From contig OY762721.1 of assembly GCA_963666345.1 (NCBI GenBank), positions 3,008,001-3,072,000 on the forward strand: DNA of 64,000 nucleotides. The letters run 5' to 3'. Positions 49,355-58,149 of this stretch are shown in pieces (the stretch's first letter is position 1; the number at the start of each line of letters is the position of its first letter). Under the pieces are notes generated by a model. That model was given only the letters and a program-made list of their open reading frames with translations, searched no databases and had not been told where the DNA came from. Position numbers and translations under genes: made by a program. Origin of the DNA: Desulfatiglandales bacterium (GTDB taxonomy: Bacteria; Desulfobacterota; DSM-4660; Desulfatiglandales; Desulfatiglandaceae).

Positions 49355-50059
49355 TCAACACTGCAGGGGTGCCGGTCGTGAAGGGGGGGCATCAATAACT
49401 ATTTCAACCGCATCGGCAGGGCAGACGGTGTAGCAGTCGCCGCATACATCGCATTTTTCGTGGTCTATCAGGAACCTTTCATCCTGCTTGTAGATCGCCT
49501 TAAAGGAACAGCTTTCCATGCACTCCCCGCACAGTATGCACTCCTCTGTTATGTGCATCCCTCTGAAGGGGGGCTCTATCCCGCCGAATGAAAATGGGCT
49601 CCTTAACAACTTGTGCGAACGTTGCTCCATTTCAAAGTCAAAATCATATACCTCGCCCCATGCCCTGAATATGCAGAAGGTGGTCATGGCGGGATACCTT
49701 TCAATGTCTTTTACGGCAGGCATAAACTTCTCATTTGCCGTGGCCTTTTCCCTGAGGATGTCAAAAGGAATCTCCCTGACATCACCTGCTGCGCGTATGG
49801 TATAGCCGGGCTTAAAATAAGACATCCCATGCTCATCATGACTGACCGAGGTCTCAGGAAACATACCGCAGACGGACACCTTGCCCGTGTCTTTAATCTG
49901 GGCATAAAAGGGCTTGGTGATCATGGTTTGAAAATACAAGCCTTCATGATCGCAGGCGATCAGGTGCGCAATGCGTGTCTGGGGGATGCCCTGGTCAATG
50001 GTGGCAAAGGTGAGACAGCCTATACGGTCGAATTTTTCATAGATGGTTGATATATCCAT
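49355..50059 (-). CDS. Pyridoxamine 5'-phosphate oxidase-like domain fused to a 2x[4Fe-4S] ferredoxin
   Basis: FATID..PQTR..LYFQT..KPFY N-domain; CILCGECMESC and CDVCGDCYTVCP. Confidence 0.85.
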   Translation of the reverse strand: MDISTIYEKFDRIGCLTFATIDQGIPQTRIAHLIACDHEGLYFQTMITKPFYAQIKDTGKVSVCGMFPETSVSHDEHGMSYFKPGYTIRAAGDVREIPFDILREKATANEKFMPAVKDIERYPAMTTFCIFRAWGEVYDFDFEMEQRSHKLLRSPFSFGGIEPPFRGMHITEECILCGECMESCSFKAIYKQDERFLIDHEKCDVCGDCYTVCPADAVEIVIDAPPSRPAPLQC

Positions 50060-50256
50060 GCATCTTTCCCTCCTCTTTTTAACGGCCGGATTTTAGGCCC
50101 TTGGTGCTATATATTTGAATAAACTGAGCTTAAACATAAAAGCCTGGCCTGTCAAAGCCTTTGGTCCTTTACAGCCGGCAGGCCCTGTGTCAAAGTCTCG
50201 ATTTCGGCGATGTGTTCCTAGACAGGGACCTGGATCCGGGCTTGAGAGATCAAAAC

Positions 50257-50333
50257 AATTCAAAACGACATGGTATGCGGTCAATTGTCTTGGCAGGGTA
50301 GTCTTGCCCACTCGACTGGGAGCGTAAAGGAGG
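50257..50333 (-). pseudogene. Second, more decayed fragment of the AAA_14 ATPase P-loop region
   Basis: 63/77 nt identical (hand count) to 49031-49107; LLYAPSRVGKTTLPRQLTAYHV. Confidence 0.75.
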
Positions 50334-50653
50334 CTGTTTACAACTATTTCCAAGAAAGCTTCAACCTGATTAAGGCGTTGTAAATTTGATCTAATATTGC
50401 TATTCTTTTTTAACAAAAAATGTTTTGGTGCAAAAATATGGTTATGGAGATGCCGTCATGTAAATGAAGATTATTAATGTTTTTTCAGCGCTACTCCTGT
50501 CGGTATTATTATCCGCCCCGGTTGTTTTTGCCGCTCAGCCTGATTTAAAAGGGCTCAAGGCGGATAAGGTGCTGATGCAGGTTTAACTGAATACTTATTT
50601 TATCCTGTTTTACAATGATGCGTGCGATATTTTTAAGACAAGGGAGGAACTCG

Positions 50654-52135
50654 ATGATACGACATATTATTATTCTTTCAGTCTTGATCGCCTTTAGCGC
50701 GAATGCATATGCCGACTTTAGTACCGGGATAGATGCATACACAAAAAAGGACTATGTTACCGCCCTGAAAGAATTCAAAACCGTGGCCGATCAGGGAAAC
50801 CCGGATGCCCAGTTCATGCTCGGTTACATGTATGCTTCAGGAAAGGGCGTGCTTCAAGACTATATAAAGGCCCATATGTGGTTCAACCTTTCAGCCTCTC
50901 AGGGTAATGAACGTGCAATGGAATCACGCGATAAGATCGTAAAGGCCATGACGCCGCAGCAGATTGCCGAGGCACAGAGACTTGCCCGGCAGTGGAAGGC
51001 CGAGGAAAGCCCGGAGGAGAGTACCACGATGCCCTATCCGGCTGAGCTTACGGGGAAAGATCTTGTCCGTGAGATACAGGAGCGGCTTGGGGAATTAGGG
51101 TATGAGCCTGGCCCGGCGGACGGAATGATGGGAGAAGGTACCAGACAGGCCATACGCACCTACCAGAAGCAGGCAGCGCTGACGGTTGACGGAGAACCTT
51201 CTCAGGGCCTTTTAACGCACATAAGAGAAAAAGGAGAGATGAGGGTCGCTCAAATAAATCCTCCCGAAGAAGATTTATCTAGTTCATCAGCACCCGGTGG
51301 CTCCCAGGGAATGAAAGGACCCCTTGAGGAGCAGACTCTGGAATTTATTGGACAGCTGAAAAAGATCGTCAAAAGGGGCGAAGATCAAAACAGTGCTGAC
51401 AGCGATTTCCTGGCGCTACTGCGCGAGCTGATAAATCAATATGACTGGCCATGGCCTGAACTGCTTTTTCATGACGATTTCAAGGACGGCAACCTGACCG
51501 GAAACCCGGCCTGGAATATCGTGTCAGGGGATTTCAGGGTGGATTCCGAGAGCAGGCTGATAACTCGGGTCAGAGCAGCTGAGCAAGAAAGAGACGGGTC
51601 ATTGTCCCGGCAAGATGAGGATACAGGTACGATGATAGTAAAGAGTATCCTGGGTGAACTACTGAAGGAGAAAGGGACGGAATCCAGCCCTCAGAGTCGG
51701 CCTGTGAAGGCGGAACTCTACGCGAGGTCAAATATCACCAACTCCTTTTGCATGGACATCCAATTAGCAGTTATTTCAAGCGGAGATGACGCTGTGTTTG
51801 AGGTCGGTCCCTATAAAGGCAAGCGAAGGGACAAGGGCTACAGGCTCGTCTATTACGGCGGTCAAAGGCCCAGGTTTGAACTGGCCCGTCAAAGCTACAG
51901 GAGAACTTCCATCATCGATGTCTATGAATCGGCCTCCCTGCTTAATGACGGCCGGTCCCATCGCATAAGATGGGAGCGTAACAGTGATGGAAATATCGTT
52001 GTCTCTGTTGATGGAAAAGAGATCATGAATACCATAGACAGGAGTATCAAGGGGGCGTTTGACGGCATCTCGATCATTAATCAGCAAGGGGATTATGCCG
52101 TTTCGCTTATAGACATTTTCGGCGGGCAAAAATAG
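50654..52135 (+). CDS. Secreted Sel1-repeat plus peptidoglycan-binding-domain protein with beta-sandwich-like C-terminus
   Basis: Signal peptide; ADQGNPDAQFMLGYMYASGKGVLQD; IQERLGELGYEPGPADGMMGEGTRQAIRTYQ; LFHDDF..W..HRIRWER..VSVDG. Confidence 0.82.
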   Translation: MIRHIIILSVLIAFSANAYADFSTGIDAYTKKDYVTALKEFKTVADQGNPDAQFMLGYMYASGKGVLQDYIKAHMWFNLSASQGNERAMESRDKIVKAMTPQQIAEAQRLARQWKAEESPEESTTMPYPAELTGKDLVREIQERLGELGYEPGPADGMMGEGTRQAIRTYQKQAALTVDGEPSQGLLTHIREKGEMRVAQINPPEEDLSSSSAPGGSQGMKGPLEEQTLEFIGQLKKIVKRGEDQNSADSDFLALLRELINQYDWPWPELLFHDDFKDGNLTGNPAWNIVSGDFRVDSESRLITRVRAAEQERDGSLSRQDEDTGTMIVKSILGELLKEKGTESSPQSRPVKAELYARSNITNSFCMDIQLAVISSGDDAVFEVGPYKGKRRDKGYRLVYYGGQRPRFELARQSYRRTSIIDVYESASLLNDGRSHRIRWERNSDGNIVVSVDGKEIMNTIDRSIKGAFDGISIINQQGDYAVSLIDIFGGQK

Positions 52136-52206
52136 GCGCTGTCTCTTGTCCGTTACCCTGATCCGCCGCCCGCAAGCGTCTCCGGGAGTTTGCCTGGAAC
52201 TGAAAC

Positions 52207-52230
52207 GCCATGCTCCTTCCGGAGCATGGC
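52207..52230. terminator. Perfect 10-bp hairpin between convergent genes
   Basis: GCCATGCTCC-TTCC-GGAGCATGGC. Confidence 0.5.
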
Positions 52231-52495
52231 TTATAAGATCATTCAAAAAAACTAGTTTTATTCAACCTGAGATACATGACCTAAGCCCTATGATCGGATT
52301 GCCGGAAGCGCCCGTCTTATGATAATGTATGGTATCGAAAAATTTGGGGGGCTAATACAAACTTTTGAGTAGGATAATAATTGATGGGTCTGGTTCAGCT
52401 GATTTCAATCATTATGTGAAATCGATTTCAGGCGGCTAAAAAAGGCAATAGTACTTTTGAAATATCACTCAGGAGCGAATTCAAACTTAATTGAG

Positions 52496-53662
52496 TTAGC
52501 GCAAATATTGCTTTACATCATCGATTGGTGGTGGAATCAAAACAAATTTACCCACATGCCTTTTATCTGTGAATTCACGTTGTGCCTCAACAATATTTTT
52601 GAGTGGAAAAGTTTTAGCCAGAAGGGGCATGATCTCACCTTTTTCGATATAGGAAACAAGGTTCGGGAAAACAGGCTCATCCCATGCAGTACATCCGATC
52701 AGCGTCAAATCCTTTAAATAAAAATCGCGCATATCGAGCTCCACAATCGGTCCGGCAATCGCGCCCGAGGATACAAACCGCCCGCCTCTTTTCATTACCT
52801 TGAGCATCCCTCCAAAGCCAGGTCCTGCAACGTTGTCAACGACGACATTCACGGATTTTTTCCCCAGACTCTCCACAATGTCATCGCCACGGGCAATGAC
52901 CTGATCTGCACCCACTTCCCGCACTTTTTCAAGCTTTGCTTTTCCTGCGATAGCCGTTACATATGCCCCCCGGCGCTTTGCCAGCTGCACGGCCGCGGAC
53001 CCTACCCCGCCCGAAGCTCCTGCGATCAACACATGTTCACCTTTTGCCACCTTTGCCCGGTGGACCATATTTTCAGCCGTACCATAAGCGCACGGTATGG
53101 TGCCAAGCTCGGCGTCGCTCCACTCACAGTCCACAGGAAAAACCTCGCCAGCAGGTACTTTTACAAACTGAGCAAACGCACCGTCAAAATCAGAGGCCAT
53201 CCAGATGTTTTCCAACGAATCCCATCCTGATCCGCGCATACAGGACCGAACCAGTACACGCGAGCCCATAAGGCTTTCATCGACCCCCGGTGCAACGGCA
53301 ACCACCCGGCCGCAGCAATCCGTGCCCTGAATGAATGGAAATGGTGTCGCCTCATTCCAGCCGCCATCCCCCTGTGTCTTTGCCTCTTGTTTTTCTTTTT
53401 CGCCGGTCGTGAGCGCTTTGGTGCTCGTCGTGACCCTGGAAGAGTACCAGCCGAGGCGGGTATTGATTTCGGTATTGTTTACTCCGGCGGCAAGGACCTG
53501 CAAAAGGACTTCATCGGAGGCAAGTTGCGGGATCGGAACATCCCGGTAGCTGAGTTTTTCATAACCGCCGTTTCCGGTTGTGACGACCGCTTTCATGGTT
53601 GATCTGAAACCAGTGATATCAAAGCGGTCCTTATCGGGACCAGTTGTATCTTCCCTGTTCAT
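52496..53662 (-). CDS. Medium-chain dehydrogenase/reductase (quinone oxidoreductase-like)
   Basis: MKAVV, AAGVNNT, IQGTD, GASGGVG, HVGKFVL. Confidence 0.9.
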   Translation of the reverse strand: MNREDTTGPDKDRFDITGFRSTMKAVVTTGNGGYEKLSYRDVPIPQLASDEVLLQVLAAGVNNTEINTRLGWYSSRVTTSTKALTTGEKEKQEAKTQGDGGWNEATPFPFIQGTDCCGRVVAVAPGVDESLMGSRVLVRSCMRGSGWDSLENIWMASDFDGAFAQFVKVPAGEVFPVDCEWSDAELGTIPCAYGTAENMVHRAKVAKGEHVLIAGASGGVGSAAVQLAKRRGAYVTAIAGKAKLEKVREVGADQVIARGDDIVESLGKKSVNVVVDNVAGPGFGGMLKVMKRGGRFVSSGAIAGPIVELDMRDFYLKDLTLIGCTAWDEPVFPNLVSYIEKGEIMPLLAKTFPLKNIVEAQREFTDKRHVGKFVLIPPPIDDVKQYLR

Positions 53663-53912
53663 GCTACCCCTTTCTGATTAAAAATATTTTTTAGGGGGAA
53701 GTTCATTCTGCCGACTGCGTCTTTGGTCAAAAGTGATTTTAAAATCACTTAAAATGCCTTTTTGCTCTTGCCATAAACAGCAACGTATAATGCCCTTTTC
53801 GGTACCAAAAATGGCGGTAGAAAACAATTTTTCAACTTTTTTTACATTTGTTTCTATTTTATTTCAAGGTGTTATCGTGGTCCGATTCCATCTCGGTCAA
53901 TGAGACCATTGA

Positions 53913-54230
53913 CTATGAGAAACGAAAAATAATCTTATCAAAATTCCTTATTTTTCCTTCATGGAACTCGATCCCCTCGTCTTCAAGCATTCTTGTTTTT
54001 TTCTGTATAGCGGCTCCTGCTGTCTTCCCCTTAAATCCCCCAATCCGACCGGATGAGGCAACAACCCGGTGTCAGGGAACCTCGGGGGCATAGGGATTTC
54101 TTTTCATGGCCTGACCGACCCCCCGATATGCTTTGGTTCCCACGGCATGGGCAATTTCTTTATAGGTCGTCACACGTCCTTCAGGCACCTTCCTTAAAAG
54201 ATCATACACCTTATCTGAAAAGGTTTTCAT
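53913..54230 (-). CDS. O6-alkylguanine-DNA alkyltransferase (MGMT/Ogt C-terminal domain), probable selenoprotein (P-U-H-R-V)
   Basis: 105 codons MKTFSDKVYDLLRKVPEGRVTTYKEIA...RGVGQAMKRNPYAPEVP*HRVVASSGRIGGF...MLEDEG; the only interruption is TGA at 54074-54072 at the catalytic Cys position. Confidence 0.85.
54038..54058 (-). promoter_or_regulatory. Putative bacterial SECIS element
   Basis: CCUCAUCC-GGUC-GGAU(U)GGGG hairpin starting 14 nt after the UGA; apical loop begins with G 22 nt after the UGA. Confidence 0.6.
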
Positions 54231-54285
54231 TTTCACCCCCTCTTTGATGAGTTATAGATACCATAATCTTTTATTACTTCTTCAA

Positions 54286-54344
54286 ACATAACGATTTAAT
54301 CAGCGGCACGGTTAACAGTCTACGCCGAAATTGCCTTTTTGGGC
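54286..54344 (-). mobile_element. Degenerate attC-like site (59 bp) at the 3' end of tag
   Basis: Minus strand GCCCAAA AAGGC AATTTCGGCG...CCGCTGATT AAATC GTTATGT; R' GTTRRRY-like, R'' one change from GCCCAAC. Confidence 0.5.
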
Positions 54345-54911
54345 GATCTTTACGATCTGCCTGTATCGGAAACAATCGGTTGTGTGGTCGTTCACCATGC
54401 CGACCGCTTGCATGAATGCATAGCAAATGGTTGAACCAACAAAATTGAAACCTCGCTTCTTCAAATCCCTGCTCATGGCGTCCGATAGCGCTGTATTCGG
54501 GGGGATTTCTGCTACGGCTTTCCTCTTGTTCTGAATGGGGATTCCATCAACGTAACGCCAGATAAATGAATCCAGAGATCCGAATTTCTCTATGATTAAC
54601 AATGTCGCACGGGCGTTCTTTATCGTTGATTCCACTTTCAGGCGGTTGCGTACGATACCGGCATCACCGAGCAGGCGGCTGACGTTCCGGGGTGTGTAGG
54701 AAGCAATTCTTTTATAGTCAAAATCGTGAAAAGCTTTCCGGTAGTTCTCTCTTTTCTTCAGAATAGTAAGCCAGCTCAGACCGGCCTGTGCGCCTTCCAG
54801 AATCAGCATTTCAAAAAGGCGTCTATCGTCATGCACGGGAACGCCCCATTCTTCGTCGTGGTAAGCAACATAAAGAGGATCGATCCCGCACCATTTGCAT
54901 CTTTTTTTCAT
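54312..54911 (-). CDS. tag: DNA-3-methyladenine glycosylase I
   Basis: RCKW, YHDEEWG, LEGAQAGLSW, IVRNRLK, FVGSTICYAFMQAVGMVNDH. Confidence 0.96.
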   Translation of the reverse strand: MKKRCKWCGIDPLYVAYHDEEWGVPVHDDRRLFEMLILEGAQAGLSWLTILKKRENYRKAFHDFDYKRIASYTPRNVSRLLGDAGIVRNRLKVESTIKNARATLLIIEKFGSLDSFIWRYVDGIPIQNKRKAVAEIPPNTALSDAMSRDLKKRGFNFVGSTICYAFMQAVGMVNDHTTDCFRYRQIVKIAQKGNFGVDC

Positions 54912-55072
54912 GTTTCTCCTGGGTCTGAAAATGGCCATATAGACCCATTTGGCGACCCTTTTTTGCATTTTTATAAGTCATACCAGATAGGTATAGTGGC
55001 TGGGCCCAAATATTCAAGGTAGCTCAGCAGGCCTGGATTTACAATCGACCTCGTGAAAGCAGATGTTCTTCC

Positions 55073-55393
55073 TCAGAGGTCAAGCTGCATTGAAATAGCC
55101 CGCTTTAGCCCCTCCAGTTCAGTATTTGAGATCGTTCCCGCTTGATTAATAAGCCGCTTTTTGCTGACCGTAGTAAGCTGATCAGCCATAGCTTTGGCCT
55201 TCTTCCCTCGAAGTGTAATATATGCCTCACTGGGATAAAGTTTATCGACACTACTTGTCAGGGGGATAACCTGGACTCTGTTAAGGAATTGATTTGCAGC
55301 ATCGTTACTGACAATAACGGCAGGTCGTTTTTTGCGGATTTCACCCCCAATGGAAGGTTCGAAATTTACCCACCAGACTTCACCCCTCTTCAT
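55073..55393 (-). CDS. PemK/MazF family toxin
   Basis: MKRGEVWWVNF, GEIRKKRPAVIVS, IPLTS, DQLTTVSKKRL. Confidence 0.93.
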   Translation of the reverse strand: MKRGEVWWVNFEPSIGGEIRKKRPAVIVSNDAANQFLNRVQVIPLTSSVDKLYPSEAYITLRGKKAKAMADQLTTVSKKRLINQAGTISNTELEGLKRAISMQLDL

Positions 55394-55610
55394 GATTGAT
55401 ATCTCCAAAAGTGGCTTCAGTCCATTCGAGCGCTTCGGATTCCCTGACTTCATCATCAGCCATCTCTTTATAGGCGGCATATATATCTTTTTTAGTCACA
55501 TGAGGCCGGACTAAGTCTTCGATAAACCTGCTAATTTTTCTAGGGCCGATAACCTTCCGTAATCCTTCATAAACTTCTTCATCTACGGTAACAGTAAGTT
55601 TTTTTTGCAT
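55380..55610 (-). CDS. Cognate antitoxin (ribbon-helix-helix-like)
   Basis: KKLTVTVDEEVY..ISRFIE, acidic tail, overlaps toxin start; GGAGG RBS. Confidence 0.85.
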   Translation of the reverse strand: MQKKLTVTVDEEVYEGLRKVIGPRKISRFIEDLVRPHVTKKDIYAAYKEMADDEVRESEALEWTEATFGDINHEEG

Positions 55611-55631
55611 CTTAAACACCTCCACGAAAGA

Positions 55632-55669
55632 CTATACGTATTATACACGTATAGGAGTGGGTGAGTCAA
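55632..55669 (-). promoter_or_regulatory. Toxin-antitoxin promoter with palindromic operator
   Basis: TTGACT (55669-55664), 18 bp, TATAAT (55645-55640); IR CTATACGT-N7-ACGTATAG over the -10. Confidence 0.75.
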
Positions 55670-55733
55670 GGGGCCCTTCAATAAGGATCTGAATCGGCAG
55701 TATTCTTGAATCGAGTCATTTCCTCTTTTTCTA

Positions 55734-55805
55734 TCATAACGGTAAGGCCGACCGTCAGGGATGGAGCACAGCGGAATCCTCGTCCCGTGCAGTGTCTTGT
55801 CAGAT
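55734..55805 (-). mobile_element. Degenerate attC-like site (72 bp) just after tsaA/trmO
   Basis: Minus strand ATCTGAC AAGAC ACTGCACG...TTCCGCTGTGCTCC...GGTCGGC CTTACC GTTATGA: R''-L''-loop-L'-R' layout, starting 6 nt after the stop codon. Confidence 0.65.
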
Positions 55806-55811
55806 ATTTTG

Positions 55812-56303
55812 TTATTTCTTGTAATTTCTTAATCCACGGACAGATGCCGTGTCATCAGAAACAGCATCCTGCCATCCTGATTGGGCATCCTTCCTTGAAT
55901 CAAACCTCTGTATATAGGGCTTTATATCGATTAAGGGCGTCCCGTCCACTATATCAATACCTTTTATATGGAGGATATTGCCTTGGATCTCTGTCAGGCG
56001 GACCAGACTCATTCCAAGCTTATTGGGCCGGTGCGGGGCGCGTGTAGCGAAAATGCCGTGCTCCTGTTCCGAAAGATACGGTTTTACACGCAGACATGTC
56101 TTCTGAGATTTATGGAAAAAATAGAACAGGTGAATATGGGAAAATTCATTAAGGTCCATTAACCCTTCGGCAAACTTTTGGTCTATGACAACAGTGCCTT
56201 CGATGTCTTTTGCAAAGACCGGCTGTATCGGAATGTCGGAAAGTTCCTTGTGCGGAGAATGGATTATGCCGATCGGCTTGAAAATGATTTTTTCTCTGCT
56301 CAT
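55812..56303 (-). CDS. tsaA: tRNA (N6-threonylcarbamoyladenosine-37-N6)-methyltransferase TrmO/TsaA
   Basis: KPIGIIHSP, FSHIHL, GIFATRAPHRPNKLGMS, DGTPLIDIKPY; ATG 56303 after AGGAG. Confidence 0.92.
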   Translation of the reverse strand: MSREKIIFKPIGIIHSPHKELSDIPIQPVFAKDIEGTVVIDQKFAEGLMDLNEFSHIHLFYFFHKSQKTCLRVKPYLSEQEHGIFATRAPHRPNKLGMSLVRLTEIQGNILHIKGIDIVDGTPLIDIKPYIQRFDSRKDAQSGWQDAVSDDTASVRGLRNYKK

Positions 56304-56895
56304 GCGTATGTCTCCTGAATTATTCCTCTTACAGTTTATGGCCAAGGACTTTCTTTTGCCGGATACAACTCCTGTTGTTTCTAATAAAAGGTCTCGGTTG
56401 TCTATGTCAAAGCATTTATTTAGAGGCTTAACAGGGAAGGCATATAAAACCTTCTGAGAAGGTGCGGAGCGCTGGAAAGGGGTTTTCTTGAAAATTGAGG
56501 CCATGAAAAAAGGAGAACTCAGTCCATCAGGGATTGATATGGTTGATAAAACAGACAGACAGTCGATTTTTACATCAGGAATGACAAACAGGTCTTTGAC
56601 CGGGAGCAGAAAGGATAAGGAACACATAATGCAATATGATCAGGCGGGGATTAAATCGCCCCGGTACCCTCTTGTGATTGCCTTTGGCATTGTTGGTTTT
56701 TATGGCTGATCGGAATATTTGGATAGGGTAAGTATTTTTAAGTTGAATTATCTCCCAACATTTCTACTTCCAATCATGTGTGTTCAGAAACACTGTAGCT
56801 AACCGATGATAAAATAGATGGAAACGTGATATTTGACAGAGAATAAGGCGTAATTTATAGTGTGCCAAACCTAAATTATTACCCAAGTAGGATCT

Positions 56896-57312
56896 ATGCA
56901 CATCAGAATCTGTCTTTTGATTTTATCCATTATCTGTTTTTCGGCTGACTCTGTTAAGGCTGGTGATAGCCCTGGCGAAACTAGTGTCTTCGAACTATTT
57001 AAGGATATGGAAGCTTCCTGGAATGCCCAGGATTCGGATGGTTATATGAAGTTTTTTCATAAAGATCTCAAGCTCAAACTTGGTAAGCCTGGTAATGTCA
57101 AATACTATTCCTGGGATGAATATGCCAAAAAACTACCCGGCCGTATGAAAAAATTTGGTCCTTTCAAAATGGTAAATCCCAAAATAATTAAGCTTGACGG
57201 CACCAGAGCCAAAGCTGAGGTGATTGTGAGGAAGAAAACCCGGGACTATGAAAATATATTCAATATGGTCTGGGAGGAGAACCGGTGGCAGATCACCAGT
57301 AATGAATGGTAA
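56896..57312 (+). CDS. Secreted NTF2-like (SnoaL/DUF4440-like) protein
   Basis: Signal peptide; SWNAQDSDGYMKFFH; ends WEENRWQI. Confidence 0.7.
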   Translation: MHIRICLLILSIICFSADSVKAGDSPGETSVFELFKDMEASWNAQDSDGYMKFFHKDLKLKLGKPGNVKYYSWDEYAKKLPGRMKKFGPFKMVNPKIIKLDGTRAKAEVIVRKKTRDYENIFNMVWEENRWQITSNEW

Positions 57313-57623
57313 ACGTTCCTCGTAATATCTATCCTGTCAGTCGGCATCAGTACCTCCTGCAATTGTTTTTGCAGAACATTACCGATGCCTGAATCAATTA
57401 TCCAGCGTCGCCACACTACAAAAGGTGGACGGAATACCTCGGAATACACGAGTATCTTGATCTCTGATAGATGGATTGAGCAGGGAGAAATTATTGGATA
57501 CCCATTAGCCCCGATAAGTTCAGGGCGTTGTCGATATCCTGATCCTTGATAAAGGCGGTGGAGGGCAGAGGCGATTTTCTTATCTGTTTAAAATGCACCT
57601 CATTTTTGCTAAGGTATGGGTCG

Positions 57624-57683
57624 TTACTTGAAACGCAAAAGCGTGGCTTCATGCAGAAATTGCTGAACGGTGAGGTGCGGGCC
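57624..57683 (+). pseudogene. C-terminal scrap of a type I R-M specificity subunit (HsdS)
   Basis: LLETQKRGFMQKLLNGEVRA resembles the HsdS terminal helix LxxQKKGLMQxLLTGxVRV. Confidence 0.6.
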
Positions 57684-57779
57684 CTGCCGGATTCCATTGC
57701 CACCAGCGGTTTCCGGTGATCCGACCTTTTTCCTCGTTGAATTTCCCCTTCATCCGGTTTTCGCAGAAGCCTTGAAGGA

Positions 57780-58041
57780 GAGGGCGGAAGTCACCGCGGA
57801 AGTCAAACGTCTTATTGAAACTATATCAGGAGAGAAATCCCGACGTAAACTTCAGGAGCTTTTAGCGTTGAAACACTCTGAGAATTTCCTTAAGGCGTAC
57901 CTTTTGCCGGCGATAGAGGCCGGGTTAGTGGAAATGACCCTGCCGGACAAGCCGAAAAGCAGGCTTCAGAAATACCGGCTTACTGAAAATGGTCGGGCGT
58001 TGCAGAAATCTCTGAAAGAAGCTGTTCAGGCAAAAACATAG
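57780..58041 (+). pseudogene. Orphan C-terminal winged-helix domain of a Fic-family-like protein
   Basis: EVTAEVKRL..SRRKLQELLAL..YLLPAIEAGLVEMTLPDKPKSRLQKYRLT; no N-terminal catalytic domain or good start. Confidence 0.65.
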
Positions 58042-58149
58042 GGAAAAGACATGGAATAGCAAATCAAATACGGAATTGATGGTCGTGAACTTACGGTTTA
58101 CCTTGAGAAGGTATGTGTCCTTAATTTAAAAAAAAGGAGGATGTCTTGA

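Noticed and set aside
53913..54230. Genome-wide UGA reassignment (Trp or Gly) as the explanation for the in-frame TGA
   Set aside because: serC, nrdD, nrdG and pgm end at TGA at their expected C-termini, so UGA is a normal stop here
56304..56627. 108-aa N-terminal extension of tsaA in the ORF track
   Set aside because: Family similarity begins at MSREK, which has its own AGGAG RBS; the extension looks non-coding
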